Below are positions 9,623-17,374 of a stretch of DNA of 22,533 nucleotides, piece by piece. Source of the DNA: a bacterium (GTDB lineage: Bacteria; UBA8248); contig CBDBBI010000008.1 of the NCBI GenBank assembly GCA_965202625.1, forward strand, positions 1 to 22,533, read 5' to 3'. Position 1 is the stretch's first letter. Every line of letters starts with the position of its first letter. The notes below the pieces were generated by a model. The model ran no database searches. It was not told the DNA's origin and worked only from the letters and a program-made list of their open reading frames with translations. A program made the translations under genes and the position numbers.

Positions 9623-10999
9623 GTGGAAGTGCGCGTGCTCTCTCCTTGCGGCGTCATCGACTCCGGCTTTCCGGAGAGCTCCTTCGAGCGCGGACTGTCC
9701 ATGAAGCCCCACGTCATCGCCTGCGACGGGGGCTCGACGGACAACGGGCCCGCGTCTCTCGGCTCGGGGAAGCCAAACTTCTCCCGCTCGGCCACCAAGC
9801 GGGATTTGCGGCTCATGCTCAAGGGGCGTGAAAGTCTGGGCGTTCCCCTGATAGTGGGTTCGTGCGGCACGGCGGGCGGTGACGCGGGGCTTGCGTGGAT
9901 GCGCGGGATTTGTCTGGAAATCGCCCGGGAGGAAGGCGCGCGTTTCAGGCTCGCTCTGATTCGGGCGGAGCAGGAGAAGGCGTATCTCCAGAAAAAATAC
10001 AAAGAAGGCCGCATTCAGGGGCTCGATCCGGCACCTCCGCTCAACGAGGAGGTGATAGAGCACAGCGCGCACATCGTGGGCATGATGGGCGATGCGCCCA
10101 TCGCCGAGGCACTCGAGGGGGGAGCGGACGTCGTGTTGGCGGGCAGGGCATCGGACACCTCTATTTTCGCCTGCCATCCCGTCCGGATGGGGGCGGACCG
10201 AGGGCTCTCCTGGCACGCGGCCAAGATACTGGAATGCGGGGCGGCCTGTGCCGTGCATCGCGCGCGGCCAGACGGCTGCTTCGCCTGGATTCGGGACGAT
10301 CACTTCGTGGTCGAACCCCTGAACCCCCAGATGTATTGCACCCCGCAGAGCGTGGCCTCGCACACCCTGTATGAGAACATAGACCCTTTCCGCATCACCG
10401 AACCCTCGGGCGTCCTGGATACCAGCCGCTCCGTCTATGTGCCCGAAAGCGCGCGTGCCGTGCGCGTTGCGGGCTCCGCCTTTCATCCGGCAAAGCGATA
10501 CTCGATCAAGCTCGAGGGAGCGGAGCTCGTAGGCTACCAGTCCGTCATCATCGGCGGAGTGCGCGACCCCATGATCCTGAAGCAGCTGGACTCCTGGCTC
10601 GACGGCGTCCGGAAGGGCTTTGAGAAGCGCGCGCGGGAAATTTTCCCCGACCGGAAAACCCCGCCCGCACATCAACTCCACGTCCGCGTGTTCGGGCGGG
10701 ACGCCGTGATGGGAGCACTCGAGCCGGAGAGGAGCCGCGTCCCGCACGAGGTGGGCGTTCTCTTCGAGGTGACGGCGGAAGATCAGGCGTCCGCCAACAC
10801 GATGGCGGCCACCCTCGCCCACTTCGCGCTTCACTACCCCGTTCCGGAGTGGAGCGGCCTCATATCGACTCTCGCGTTTCCCTTCGCGCCGGCGGAACTT
10901 GAAAAAGGCCCCGTCTATCGCTTCAACCTGCACCACGTCGTCTATCCAGATACTCCCTGCGAGATGTTCCCGACCGAGATCATGGAGGTGGCGAACTGA
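9623..10999 (+). CDS. Acyclic terpene utilization AtuA-family (DUF1446) protein
   Basis: IACDGGSTDNGP..LG, IVGSCGTAG, GADVVLAGRASD, WHAAKILECG and SVASHTLYE. The GTG start (9611 or 9623) is uncertain. Confidence 0.8.
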   Translation: MEVRVLSPCGVIDSGFPESSFERGLSMKPHVIACDGGSTDNGPASLGSGKPNFSRSATKRDLRLMLKGRESLGVPLIVGSCGTAGGDAGLAWMRGICLEIAREEGARFRLALIRAEQEKAYLQKKYKEGRIQGLDPAPPLNEEVIEHSAHIVGMMGDAPIAEALEGGADVVLAGRASDTSIFACHPVRMGADRGLSWHAAKILECGAACAVHRARPDGCFAWIRDDHFVVEPLNPQMYCTPQSVASHTLYENIDPFRITEPSGVLDTSRSVYVPESARAVRVAGSAFHPAKRYSIKLEGAELVGYQSVIIGGVRDPMILKQLDSWLDGVRKGFEKRAREIFPDRKTPPAHQLHVRVFGRDAVMGALEPERSRVPHEVGVLFEVTAEDQASANTMAATLAHFALHYPVPEWSGLISTLAFPFAPAELEKGPVYRFNLHHVVYPDTPCEMFPTEIMEVAN

Positions 11000-11316
11000 T
11001 GGCCACGCTCGGCGAACTCGCCAAACTCATTCGCTCGAAAAACGCCGGACCTTTCCACCTCACGTTCGACGTCATGTTCGACGAGGAGGCCGTCTATCGG
11101 CGCGTGGTGGACGCAAACGTCCTCACCAAAGAGGCGTTTTGCCGCATCTACAATCTGGAGGAGGAGAAGGTGCTGCTCGTGTGCCACGACGCCGCGCGGG
11201 CGATTAAAATATCCATTCCGCGCCCCGTGTTCTCCTGCGACCTGGAGGATGGCGACTGCTACGGTGGGCAGCAGTTCGGCCCCCTCGTCAACCTGGAGAT
11301 TCCGGAGATTTCATAA
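10999..11316 (+). CDS. DUF4387 family protein
   Basis: LAKLIRSKNAGPF.LTFD...AIKISIPR...GDCYGGQQ. Start overlaps the AtuA stop, and this is the usual partner of that AtuA subfamily. Confidence 0.8.
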   Translation: MATLGELAKLIRSKNAGPFHLTFDVMFDEEAVYRRVVDANVLTKEAFCRIYNLEEEKVLLVCHDAARAIKISIPRPVFSCDLEDGDCYGGQQFGPLVNLEIPEIS

Positions 11317-11425
11317 AACGCAAGGCGCGGACCCGGCGAGCGGTACTTGGACGCGCACCCGGATGACCAGCCTTTCGGTTTCAGGCACCTCAGCCCGCGC
11401 GCCCAAGTCATGAGGGAGAAGGAAA

Positions 11426-12034
11426 GTGGCGATTCAGACGAACGCAGATGAGATTCGCGCGCTTTTCCCTGAAGTGTGCCAAATTGAAGATGCGGAGTTG
11501 CGCGAAGGGGTGATACGCATCTGGCTTGAGGTGGCCGAGGAAACCGCCTGGGAGCGTCTTGAGGACGTCCCCAAAAACCTGAAGGAAGAGAAGCACATGA
11601 CGCTCATCGGCCACGTCCAGGGCGTCACGCGCATGGCTCTCGCCATGGCCGACGTCGCCCAGAAACTTCACGGCGTCGCCATCGACCGCGACCTGCTGAT
11701 CGCCTCCTGCCTTCTGCACGACGTCTCCAAACCCCTGGAGTCCGCCCCTCATTCCGGCGGCTCCCCCACGGGCGGGCGCGTGCCGCCGGCCAGAATCACC
11801 GAATTTGGCGAGAAAATCCAGCACGGCGTTTACGGAGCACACAAAATATGGAAACGAAGCCTCCCCAAAACCCTGGAGCTGGCCCACCTCGTCATCACCC
11901 ACACGCGCGCGAGCAACACGCGCGCAAAAAGCTATGAGGCCGCCCTGCTCTTCTACGCCGACTGGGCGGATTCGGACGCCGGCATCGTCTCAGGCGGCGG
12001 GACGCCCTTCTCCGCAAGATGGGTGGAGGGGTAG
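11426..12034 (+). CDS. HD-domain metal-dependent phosphohydrolase
   Basis: H(GHV)...LLHDVSK...HGVYG...TH...AD pattern. GTG start with AAGGA RBS. Confidence 0.8.
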   Translation: MAIQTNADEIRALFPEVCQIEDAELREGVIRIWLEVAEETAWERLEDVPKNLKEEKHMTLIGHVQGVTRMALAMADVAQKLHGVAIDRDLLIASCLLHDVSKPLESAPHSGGSPTGGRVPPARITEFGEKIQHGVYGAHKIWKRSLPKTLELAHLVITHTRASNTRAKSYEAALLFYADWADSDAGIVSGGGTPFSARWVEG

Positions 12035-12090
12035 GGGGAGGCACCCCCGGCCTTCGCATTCAGAAAACACTCTCATGTTCCCGAAATAGA

Positions 12091-12119
12091 TTGACGTCCG
12101 GATAACTTTGTCCTATAGC
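12091..12119 (+). promoter_or_regulatory. Possible sigma70 promoter for the lipoprotein operon
   Basis: TTGACG (12091-12096), 17-nt spacer, TATAGC (12114-12119). Confidence 0.35.
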
Positions 12120-12229
12120 ATTACGTTTTAGAAAGACCACATAAAAAACATCAAGACATCCTTGGCACATTCTGGGAGCTTTTCCGTATGAAGTGGCGCA
12201 AAATAGAAGGAAAAATAGCGCATACAGTT

Positions 12230-13201
12230 ATGAGAGCGGGATTTTTCCTCAAGAGATTTCCGTTTATTCTTCTCCTCTTTACGACTGGCTGCGCCACGGT
12301 TGCTCCTTCCACCACTCCGGTGGAAGCTCCCGTATCTAGGGCCGCCCAGAAAAAAGCGCAACAAAAGGCTCTCACTCCCCAGAGAAAGATACTCAAGCGC
12401 AAAATCGCGATTGGCCGCTTCACCAACGAGACGCGTTACGGCAAGACTTTCTTGCGAGACGGGGACACCGACCCTTTAGGAAAGCAAGCTTCCGACATGC
12501 TCGCCAATCGCCTCGTAAGTTCCGGGAAATTTCTGGTTTTTGAGCGTCCGGACCTTGTGAAAATCAAGCGCGAACAAAGCGTCCTAAAAAAATCCAACCT
12601 GATCGGCGTGGACGTCCTTATCTTGGGGTCGGTGACGGAGTTCGGTCGCTCCACCACGGGCCAGTCCGGCTTCTTGAGTGCGACGAAAAAGCAGACTGCG
12701 CAGGCGAAGGTCGAAATACGTATGGTGGACGTACGGACGGGGCACGTGTTTTTCTCCGCCTCCGGCTCAGGAGAGGCAAGTACCGAATCGGGGGAAGTCG
12801 CCGGCTTCGGCAGTCGGGCGGGCTACGACGCCACGCTGAATGACAAGGCGATTGGCGCCGCCATATCCGACTTCCTGAATTCCCTTATCTCGAAAATCGA
12901 TGAGAGAATTTGGAGAACGGACATCCTGCGAATCAAGGGAAGCGAGATCATCATCACTGGCGGCAGACGGCAGGGGATTCAGATCGGTGACGTATTAAAC
13001 GTGATGAGAGAAGGAGAACGGGTGAAGAGCAGGCAAACTGGCTTTGAAATTTCGCTTCCCCCTTCAAAGGTCGGCGAAATACGGATTGTCAGCCTTTTTG
13101 GAGATACCGAAACCAATGAAGGGTCAGTGGGCACAATCTTGTCGGGAACGTTTCCTGGAAGTCGGACGGATGGACTCTTCGTTTCAGAGATAAGGAAATA
13201 A
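12230..13201 (+). CDS. CsgG/HfaB-family outer-membrane lipoprotein with C-terminal FlgT_C-like extension
   Basis: Lipobox FTTGC, then KIAIGRFTNET, LVSSGKFLVFER, LILGSVTEFGR and AKVEIRMVDVRTG. ATG 12230 gives a normal-length signal peptide; the ORF track starts at 12188. Confidence 0.85.
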   Translation: MRAGFFLKRFPFILLLFTTGCATVAPSTTPVEAPVSRAAQKKAQQKALTPQRKILKRKIAIGRFTNETRYGKTFLRDGDTDPLGKQASDMLANRLVSSGKFLVFERPDLVKIKREQSVLKKSNLIGVDVLILGSVTEFGRSTTGQSGFLSATKKQTAQAKVEIRMVDVRTGHVFFSASGSGEASTESGEVAGFGSRAGYDATLNDKAIGAAISDFLNSLISKIDERIWRTDILRIKGSEIIITGGRRQGIQIGDVLNVMREGERVKSRQTGFEISLPPSKVGEIRIVSLFGDTETNEGSVGTILSGTFPGSRTDGLFVSEIRK

Positions 13202-13206
13202 TTTCG

Positions 13207-13536
13207 ATGAAATTATTTGTTGCGGGCTTTCTGCTCATGCTCCTCACCGTTGGTTGCTATCCATCAAGCGAGGTTCGGGTGACGGACAGTAGACCGAGGC
13301 TAGCCATCAAGAACGCCCCAAAGAACGCCATCATCTATGTCGATGGGCTGAATTTGGGATTCGCGAACCAATATAGCGGAGATCAGTCGAGTGACGAGAG
13401 TGGAGAGGTGCGCGTCCTTTTGTTAGAGCCGGGAAGGCACCTGATTGAGGTGAAGAGCGACGGCGAAACATTCCTTTCCGAGGATGTTTTCCTTGGAGAA
13501 GGGACACTGAAAACGCTGACAGTGAAACAGGAGTGA
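13207..13536 (+). CDS. Small lipoprotein with PEGA-like beta domain
   Basis: Lipobox LTVGC, NAIIYVDG and LLLEPGRHLIEV. Confidence 0.7.
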   Translation: MKLFVAGFLLMLLTVGCYPSSEVRVTDSRPRLAIKNAPKNAIIYVDGLNLGFANQYSGDQSSDESGEVRVLLLEPGRHLIEVKSDGETFLSEDVFLGEGTLKTLTVKQE

Positions 13537-13546
13537 GTAAAACGAA

Positions 13547-13921
13547 ATGATCACCAAAAGATTGTCCGTCCTGCTCGTCTCCATCCTGATTTCAGCTTGC
13601 GCGCAGACAAAATACCATTGGGGCGGGTACGAAAACGCTTTATATCAATACTATAAAAGTCCAGCGGAGCTTGGGAGTCTCGCGAAAGAGTTAAGAGGTG
13701 CAATCACCCAGGGGGAAGAGGATGAGAAAGTTCCGCCCGGCCTTTATGCCGAGCTCGGTTATGTGCTCCTCGTCCAAGGAAAGAAGCAGGAAGCCGTCAC
13801 TTACTTTCAAAAAGAAAAGAAATTATGGCCTGAATCAGCCAAATTGATGGATACGATGGTTAAAATGGCGAAAACCTCCGGAGGCGTGAAATCTGCTGGC
13901 TCCAAGGGAGAAAATCGATAA
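13547..13921 (+). CDS. DUF4810-like TPR lipoprotein
   Basis: Lipobox ISAC, YHWGGYE..LY.YYK, VPPGLYAELG and FQKEK.LWPES. Confidence 0.8.
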   Translation: MITKRLSVLLVSILISACAQTKYHWGGYENALYQYYKSPAELGSLAKELRGAITQGEEDEKVPPGLYAELGYVLLVQGKKQEAVTYFQKEKKLWPESAKLMDTMVKMAKTSGGVKSAGSKGENR

Positions 13922-14590
13922 ATGCTATCAAAAACATTCGCATCAGGAGTTCTTGTTACGATATTGCTCGTCTCAGGTTGCGCTGCTCGCCCAAAACCAT
14001 CGGATTTCACCAAATTCCGCAACGAAAATCCCAGATCGATTCTGGTCGTGCCTGCCATCAACAAGGCCGTTGAAGTCAACGCTCCAGATTATTTTCTTTC
14101 AACTATCTCGAAGCCTGTCGCTGAAAGAGGATTTTACGTATTTCCCGTGAACGTAGTGAAACGTGTAATGGAAGACGATGGTCTCGCCGATGCGAATTTG
14201 GTTCACAATGCCGACCCGAAACGCTTGGGAGAGATATTTGACGCCGACGCCATTCTTTACGTCTCGATAGATAGATGGGACGCGCAATATATTGTGTTCT
14301 CCACCCAGGTGACGGTGGAATTCACTTATGTTCTCAAGAGCGGTCGCACCGGCGAAGAGCTGTGGCGACGAACGGCAAAAATGGTGTATTCGCCTCAAAG
14401 CAGCACGAATACGGGCAACCCTCTTGCCACTCTCATCATAATGGCGGCCCAGGCAGCTATTACGAAAGCGGCGCCGAACTATATCCCCTTGACCCAACAA
14501 GCCAACTTTTTAGCAGTCATTGAACCCGGACAAGGATTGCCCGCAGGCCCTTATCGAAAAGATTATCTGAAAGATCAGGACAAATTCTGA
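13922..14590 (+). CDS. DUF799 / GNA1162-family lipoprotein
   Basis: Lipobox VSGC, PRSILVVPAIN, PVAERGFYVFPV, FDADAILY and GLPAGPY. Confidence 0.82.
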   Translation: MLSKTFASGVLVTILLVSGCAARPKPSDFTKFRNENPRSILVVPAINKAVEVNAPDYFLSTISKPVAERGFYVFPVNVVKRVMEDDGLADANLVHNADPKRLGEIFDADAILYVSIDRWDAQYIVFSTQVTVEFTYVLKSGRTGEELWRRTAKMVYSPQSSTNTGNPLATLIIMAAQAAITKAAPNYIPLTQQANFLAVIEPGQGLPAGPYRKDYLKDQDKF

Positions 14591-14596
14591 AGAACC

Positions 14597-14712
14597 ATAG
14601 TCGAAGTCGCTCTCTACTGAGCCGGATAGCCCGGCCCGGGGAGCGTCTCAGCGATCCTCCCCGTCGGCGATGCACGACGTCGTTCCCCGCAAAATTTTGA
14701 CCGGGTGCGTCT
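14597..14712 (-). pseudogene. Degenerate duplicate of the 3' end of the prpE-like gene (left boundary repeat of the island)
   Basis: Aligns in direct orientation to 20436-20599. Shared blocks include ATAGTCGAAGTC, CTCTACT, CCGGATAGCCC, CCGTCGGCGATGC and CGTTCCCCGCAAAATTTTG, with a ~47-nt internal deletion. It translates to KILRGTTSCIADGE and IAETLPGPGYPAQ*, versus KILRGTMSRIADGE and IAETLAGLGYPGK* in prpE. Confidence 0.85.
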
Positions 14713-14789
14713 GAACGGATGGGCGGCGAACAACAAGCTGAGGGCGGGACGTGCGCGAACCGGTAATAGGTTTTAGGTTTGTCCGAAGC

Positions 14790-14885
14790 CGCAACGCGCG
14801 GGCGATGAACACCCTCCGCCAGATGCAGTCTCTTGCTCGTGGATTTCAAGGCAAACGACTGACCTGGCAAGACCTCACGAAGTGA
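14790..14885 (+). pseudogene. C-terminal remnant of an IS1595-family (ISXO2-like) transposase
   Basis: Translates RNARAMNTLRQMQSLARGFQGKRLTWQDLTK*, matching the R.N.R..DT..QM.....G..GKRLTY..L terminus I recall for IS1595 transposases. The upstream DDE part is absent. Confidence 0.7.
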
Positions 14886-14987
14886 ATCACGCCCATATCT
14901 GGGACGCTTGACTCAAAAATCTACCTCATATCGAGTGAAAAAAGTTGAGAGCTCCGCTGGAGGACCGGAGCTATCGTTGGAAGGGGC

Positions 14988-15737
14988 TCATGCAGACCGC
15001 CTCGTCTGCTCTGCTGAAATATCCATAATACCCTGAGATTTCAATACCTCATCTCTGAGGACTACGCCTACAACGTCCAAGACCTGCTTTAACGCAATGC
15101 CATTATTATAGGCGGACATTTGCATTGCTTCCCGTGGTATTTTTTCCGTTAAATCATCAAGGAGATTTTCTTGGGCATACGCAAAGCACATCTCCTGTAT
15201 TTCGTAGGCATTCTTGTCTTTACCGCTTATTTGTTCCTTTAATGCTTCTGCATATCCCGAAATCCATTCGTTGATTTGTATTTCTTCAGCAACCCTTTCC
15301 CCCAGTTCGCTGAGCCTGCGCGGGCTATCGGATTCCGTTGTTTCGGGAGGGGGCAATCGCGAAAAAATAGATTTTATGTCTGCTCGTATTTCCTTTACCT
15401 CATTTTTGATTTCGCTTCGTATTGCATTTGTTTCATTTTTGATTTCCGCTCGTATTGCATTTGTTTCATTTCTGATTTCAGCTCGTATTGCATTTGTTTC
15501 ATTTCTGATTTCATCTCGTATTTCTTTTGTTTCATTGCTGATTTCATCTCGTATTTCTTTTATCTGATCTCGAATTTCTCCCATAAATGTCGATATGCTC
15601 TCTCCCTTTTCGTTTACTTTTGCAATCCATGTTGCAGCGCGTATTGCAGCCCATATTGCAAGAGCAAAGAGGACGACAATAATGAGTAATATATTTCCTT
15701 TGAAGGCTTCAAGGAGAAATACGTTGATGGAGCTCAT
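14988..15737 (-). CDS. Membrane-anchored coiled-coil hypothetical protein with 11-aa repeats (probable IS1595 passenger)
   Basis: N-terminal TM helix (ILLIIVVLFALAIWAAI), then IRxEIxNETxx repeats, then SPRRLSELG and a helical domain. AT-rich. Confidence 0.8.
   Translation of the reverse strand: MSSINVFLLEAFKGNILLIIVVLFALAIWAAIRAATWIAKVNEKGESISTFMGEIRDQIKEIRDEISNETKEIRDEIRNETNAIRAEIRNETNAIRAEIKNETNAIRSEIKNEVKEIRADIKSIFSRLPPPETTESDSPRRLSELGERVAEEIQINEWISGYAEALKEQISGKDKNAYEIQEMCFAYAQENLLDDLTEKIPREAMQMSAYNNGIALKQVLDVVGVVLRDEVLKSQGIMDISAEQTRRSA
15384..15560. repeat. Intragenic 33-bp tandem repeat, 5 full units plus a partial unit
   Basis: TCGTATT recurs at 15384, 15417, 15450, 15483, 15516 and 15549. 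Consensus TCGTATTGCATTTGTTTCATTTCTGATTTCAGC. Confidence 0.9.
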
Positions 15738-15904
15738 AGCAAGACCTCACAAAATGAAAGGCATCCTTTGCTATTTGCTAACCTGTTGTTTTGGATTTCT
15801 TGTCCGCCGCCCGTAAAAATGGATTTAGCGATTTCCTGCGCGGTTGCGGGCAGGGGTTTGATGACGTTCTTCAAAGTCCGGCCCGGCGACTTTGAAGTGT
15901 TCAT
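15734..15904 (-). CDS. Small hypothetical protein (MNTSKSPGRTLKNVIKPLPATAQEIAKSIF...), translationally coupled to the downstream gene
   Basis: ATG at 15904 with AGGGGGG RBS. Its stop overlaps the next start (ATGA, 15734-15737). Confidence 0.5.
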   Translation of the reverse strand: MNTSKSPGRTLKNVIKPLPATAQEIAKSIFTGGGQEIQNNRLANSKGCLSFCEVLL

Positions 15905-16001
15905 AGGCGCCCCCCTATGGCGACATATCATGTTCAGGTGAAAAATCCACCTGAGCAAATTTACCATATCACACCTTAAAAGAAACCTAATTTCATTATC
16001 C

Positions 16002-16031
16002 TTGACAAGTCAAAAACCGTTCTACTATACT
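16002..16031 (+). promoter_or_regulatory. Near-consensus sigma70 promoter for the beta-barrel gene
   Basis: TTGACA (16002-16007), 18-nt spacer, TATACT (16026-16031), with an AT-rich upstream tract. Confidence 0.6.
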
Positions 16032-16210
16032 CTCGCCTATCGTCAAGCAACTTGCAGAGCGGCCTTGGCTACCGTGTCGCCTGCCAAACGCAAAACCGCT
16101 CCGCGTGGGCGGAAACAGGCAGGAACCCACCACTGGGCTGTGCGTTGTTTGGCGACGGACCCGGCTTTGTCATTAGGCATGTTTCTTTTTTTCAGGGAGG
16201 AGGTCTCAAC

Positions 16211-16876
16211 ATGAAGAGATGGGGATTTCTGTGCGCAGCGGCTGCTCTCATTTTGGTCTTGTCGGCTCCCCTCATGGCAAGAGCACAAGAGGGGGTAAGT
16301 CAACAAGAGGGGGCGGGGAAATGGTATTGGAAATTCAACGTGGGGATATTGTCGCCAAGAGATTTGGAGAGCACCGCACCACCCTCACCTACCCTCAACG
16401 CGGACATTGATACCGGGGTTTTCGTGAGCACCTCCGTTGGCCGTTCTTTCGGTCGCCTGAGGGGAGAGGTGGAGGTTTTGTATGGAGAAGTCGATTACAC
16501 ACTGGACGCAACTACAAGAGGCGTGAACGGAGACGTCGTCGACATCACTCGCATCGGGGGGGAGTTCGCGGAGTTCGAAGCCAAAATTACGGGGCTGATG
16601 TTCAACGCATGGTTTGACCTGGGCGCGAGCGACTGGGCACTCAACCCCTACGTAGGGGGAGGGGTTGGAGTGATGCATCTCGACGTGCCACGTGGTACCG
16701 ACAGCGGCTTCTCCTGGCAACTCGGTGCGGGCGCAATTTTTCCCATAGGCAATAATCTGGCACTTGACGCCAGCTACCGGTTTCTGAACACCGCCTACGA
16801 ACCTGAAATTTTCTCTATTGTGTATGAGGATATCGAGGCACACGCATTCTTGCTGGGCATCAAGCTCACGTTCTAG
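16211..16876 (+). CDS. Outer-membrane beta-barrel protein (8-stranded OmpA-TM/Opa/Ail-like)
   Basis: GGAGGAGG RBS and a signal peptide ending ARA-Q. Motifs LRGEVE, LMFNAWFD, LNPYVGGGVG, FSWQLGAG and LDASYRF, with a C-terminal Phe (GIKLTF). Confidence 0.88.
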   Translation: MKRWGFLCAAAALILVLSAPLMARAQEGVSQQEGAGKWYWKFNVGILSPRDLESTAPPSPTLNADIDTGVFVSTSVGRSFGRLRGEVEVLYGEVDYTLDATTRGVNGDVVDITRIGGEFAEFEAKITGLMFNAWFDLGASDWALNPYVGGGVGVMHLDVPRGTDSGFSWQLGAGAIFPIGNNLALDASYRFLNTAYEPEIFSIVYEDIEAHAFLLGIKLTF

Positions 16877-16889
16877 TCCGATTCGCACA

Positions 16890-16928
16890 AGGCCGGCCCC
16901 TGCTGATGCGGGGCCGGCTTTTGTTTTT
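16890..16928 (+). terminator. Rho-independent terminator
   Basis: GCCGGCCCC(T)GC-TGAT-GCGGGGCCGGC stem followed by TTTTGTTTTT, right after the OMP stop. Confidence 0.85.
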
Positions 16929-17155
16929 GTGCTCGTTGCCCAAGGGAGTCGCCAACCCCAAAAACACCCAGCGGGCACAGGAATTGCTCGGCAGCGGGGG
17001 CCGGGGAGGCAGCTGGCTTTGCTTAAGAGGTGAGGAGAGATTTCTCCTGAATGGTTCTTGATGGGTTGATTCCAAACGCTTGAGGCGTGGACGTCTGTAG
17101 CAATCTGAACGCGGTTTGCAAGCCCTTTCCCTATAAAACTTCCATCCCGCATCTG

Positions 17156-17374
17156 TTAGTCATTTTTTTCTTTTTCACTTCGCAACGATAATCCTGCGAA
17201 TCGTTCAATGGGAACACAGTATGGAACTGGCTTTACATGCGCAAAACGATTGGCAATATCCTCTATTCTGGCAAGCGATTGTGATGATGTTCTAGCACTC
17301 ATTACACTTCGTTCTATAGCTTCAATCACAGAATCTACCGCACGCACATTTCCATCCTTTTTGTATGTCATCAT
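17156..17374 (-). CDS. Small hypothetical protein coupled to the SDH-type protease
   Basis: ATGA overlap with the upstream gene at 17371-17374, GGGAG RBS, and the same AT-rich composition. Confidence 0.6.
   Translation of the reverse strand: MMTYKKDGNVRAVDSVIEAIERSVMSARTSSQSLARIEDIANRFAHVKPVPYCVPIERFAGLSLRSEKEKND

Noticed and set aside
15384-15560. CRISPR-like 33-bp periodicity
   Set aside because: The repeats are contiguous, lack spacers and lie in frame within a CDS.
14915-15952. AAAAATCYACCT repeat near both ends of the IS passenger block as element ends
   Set aside because: It is short, imperfect and in direct orientation, so it cannot be told from chance or assigned as terminal inverted repeats.
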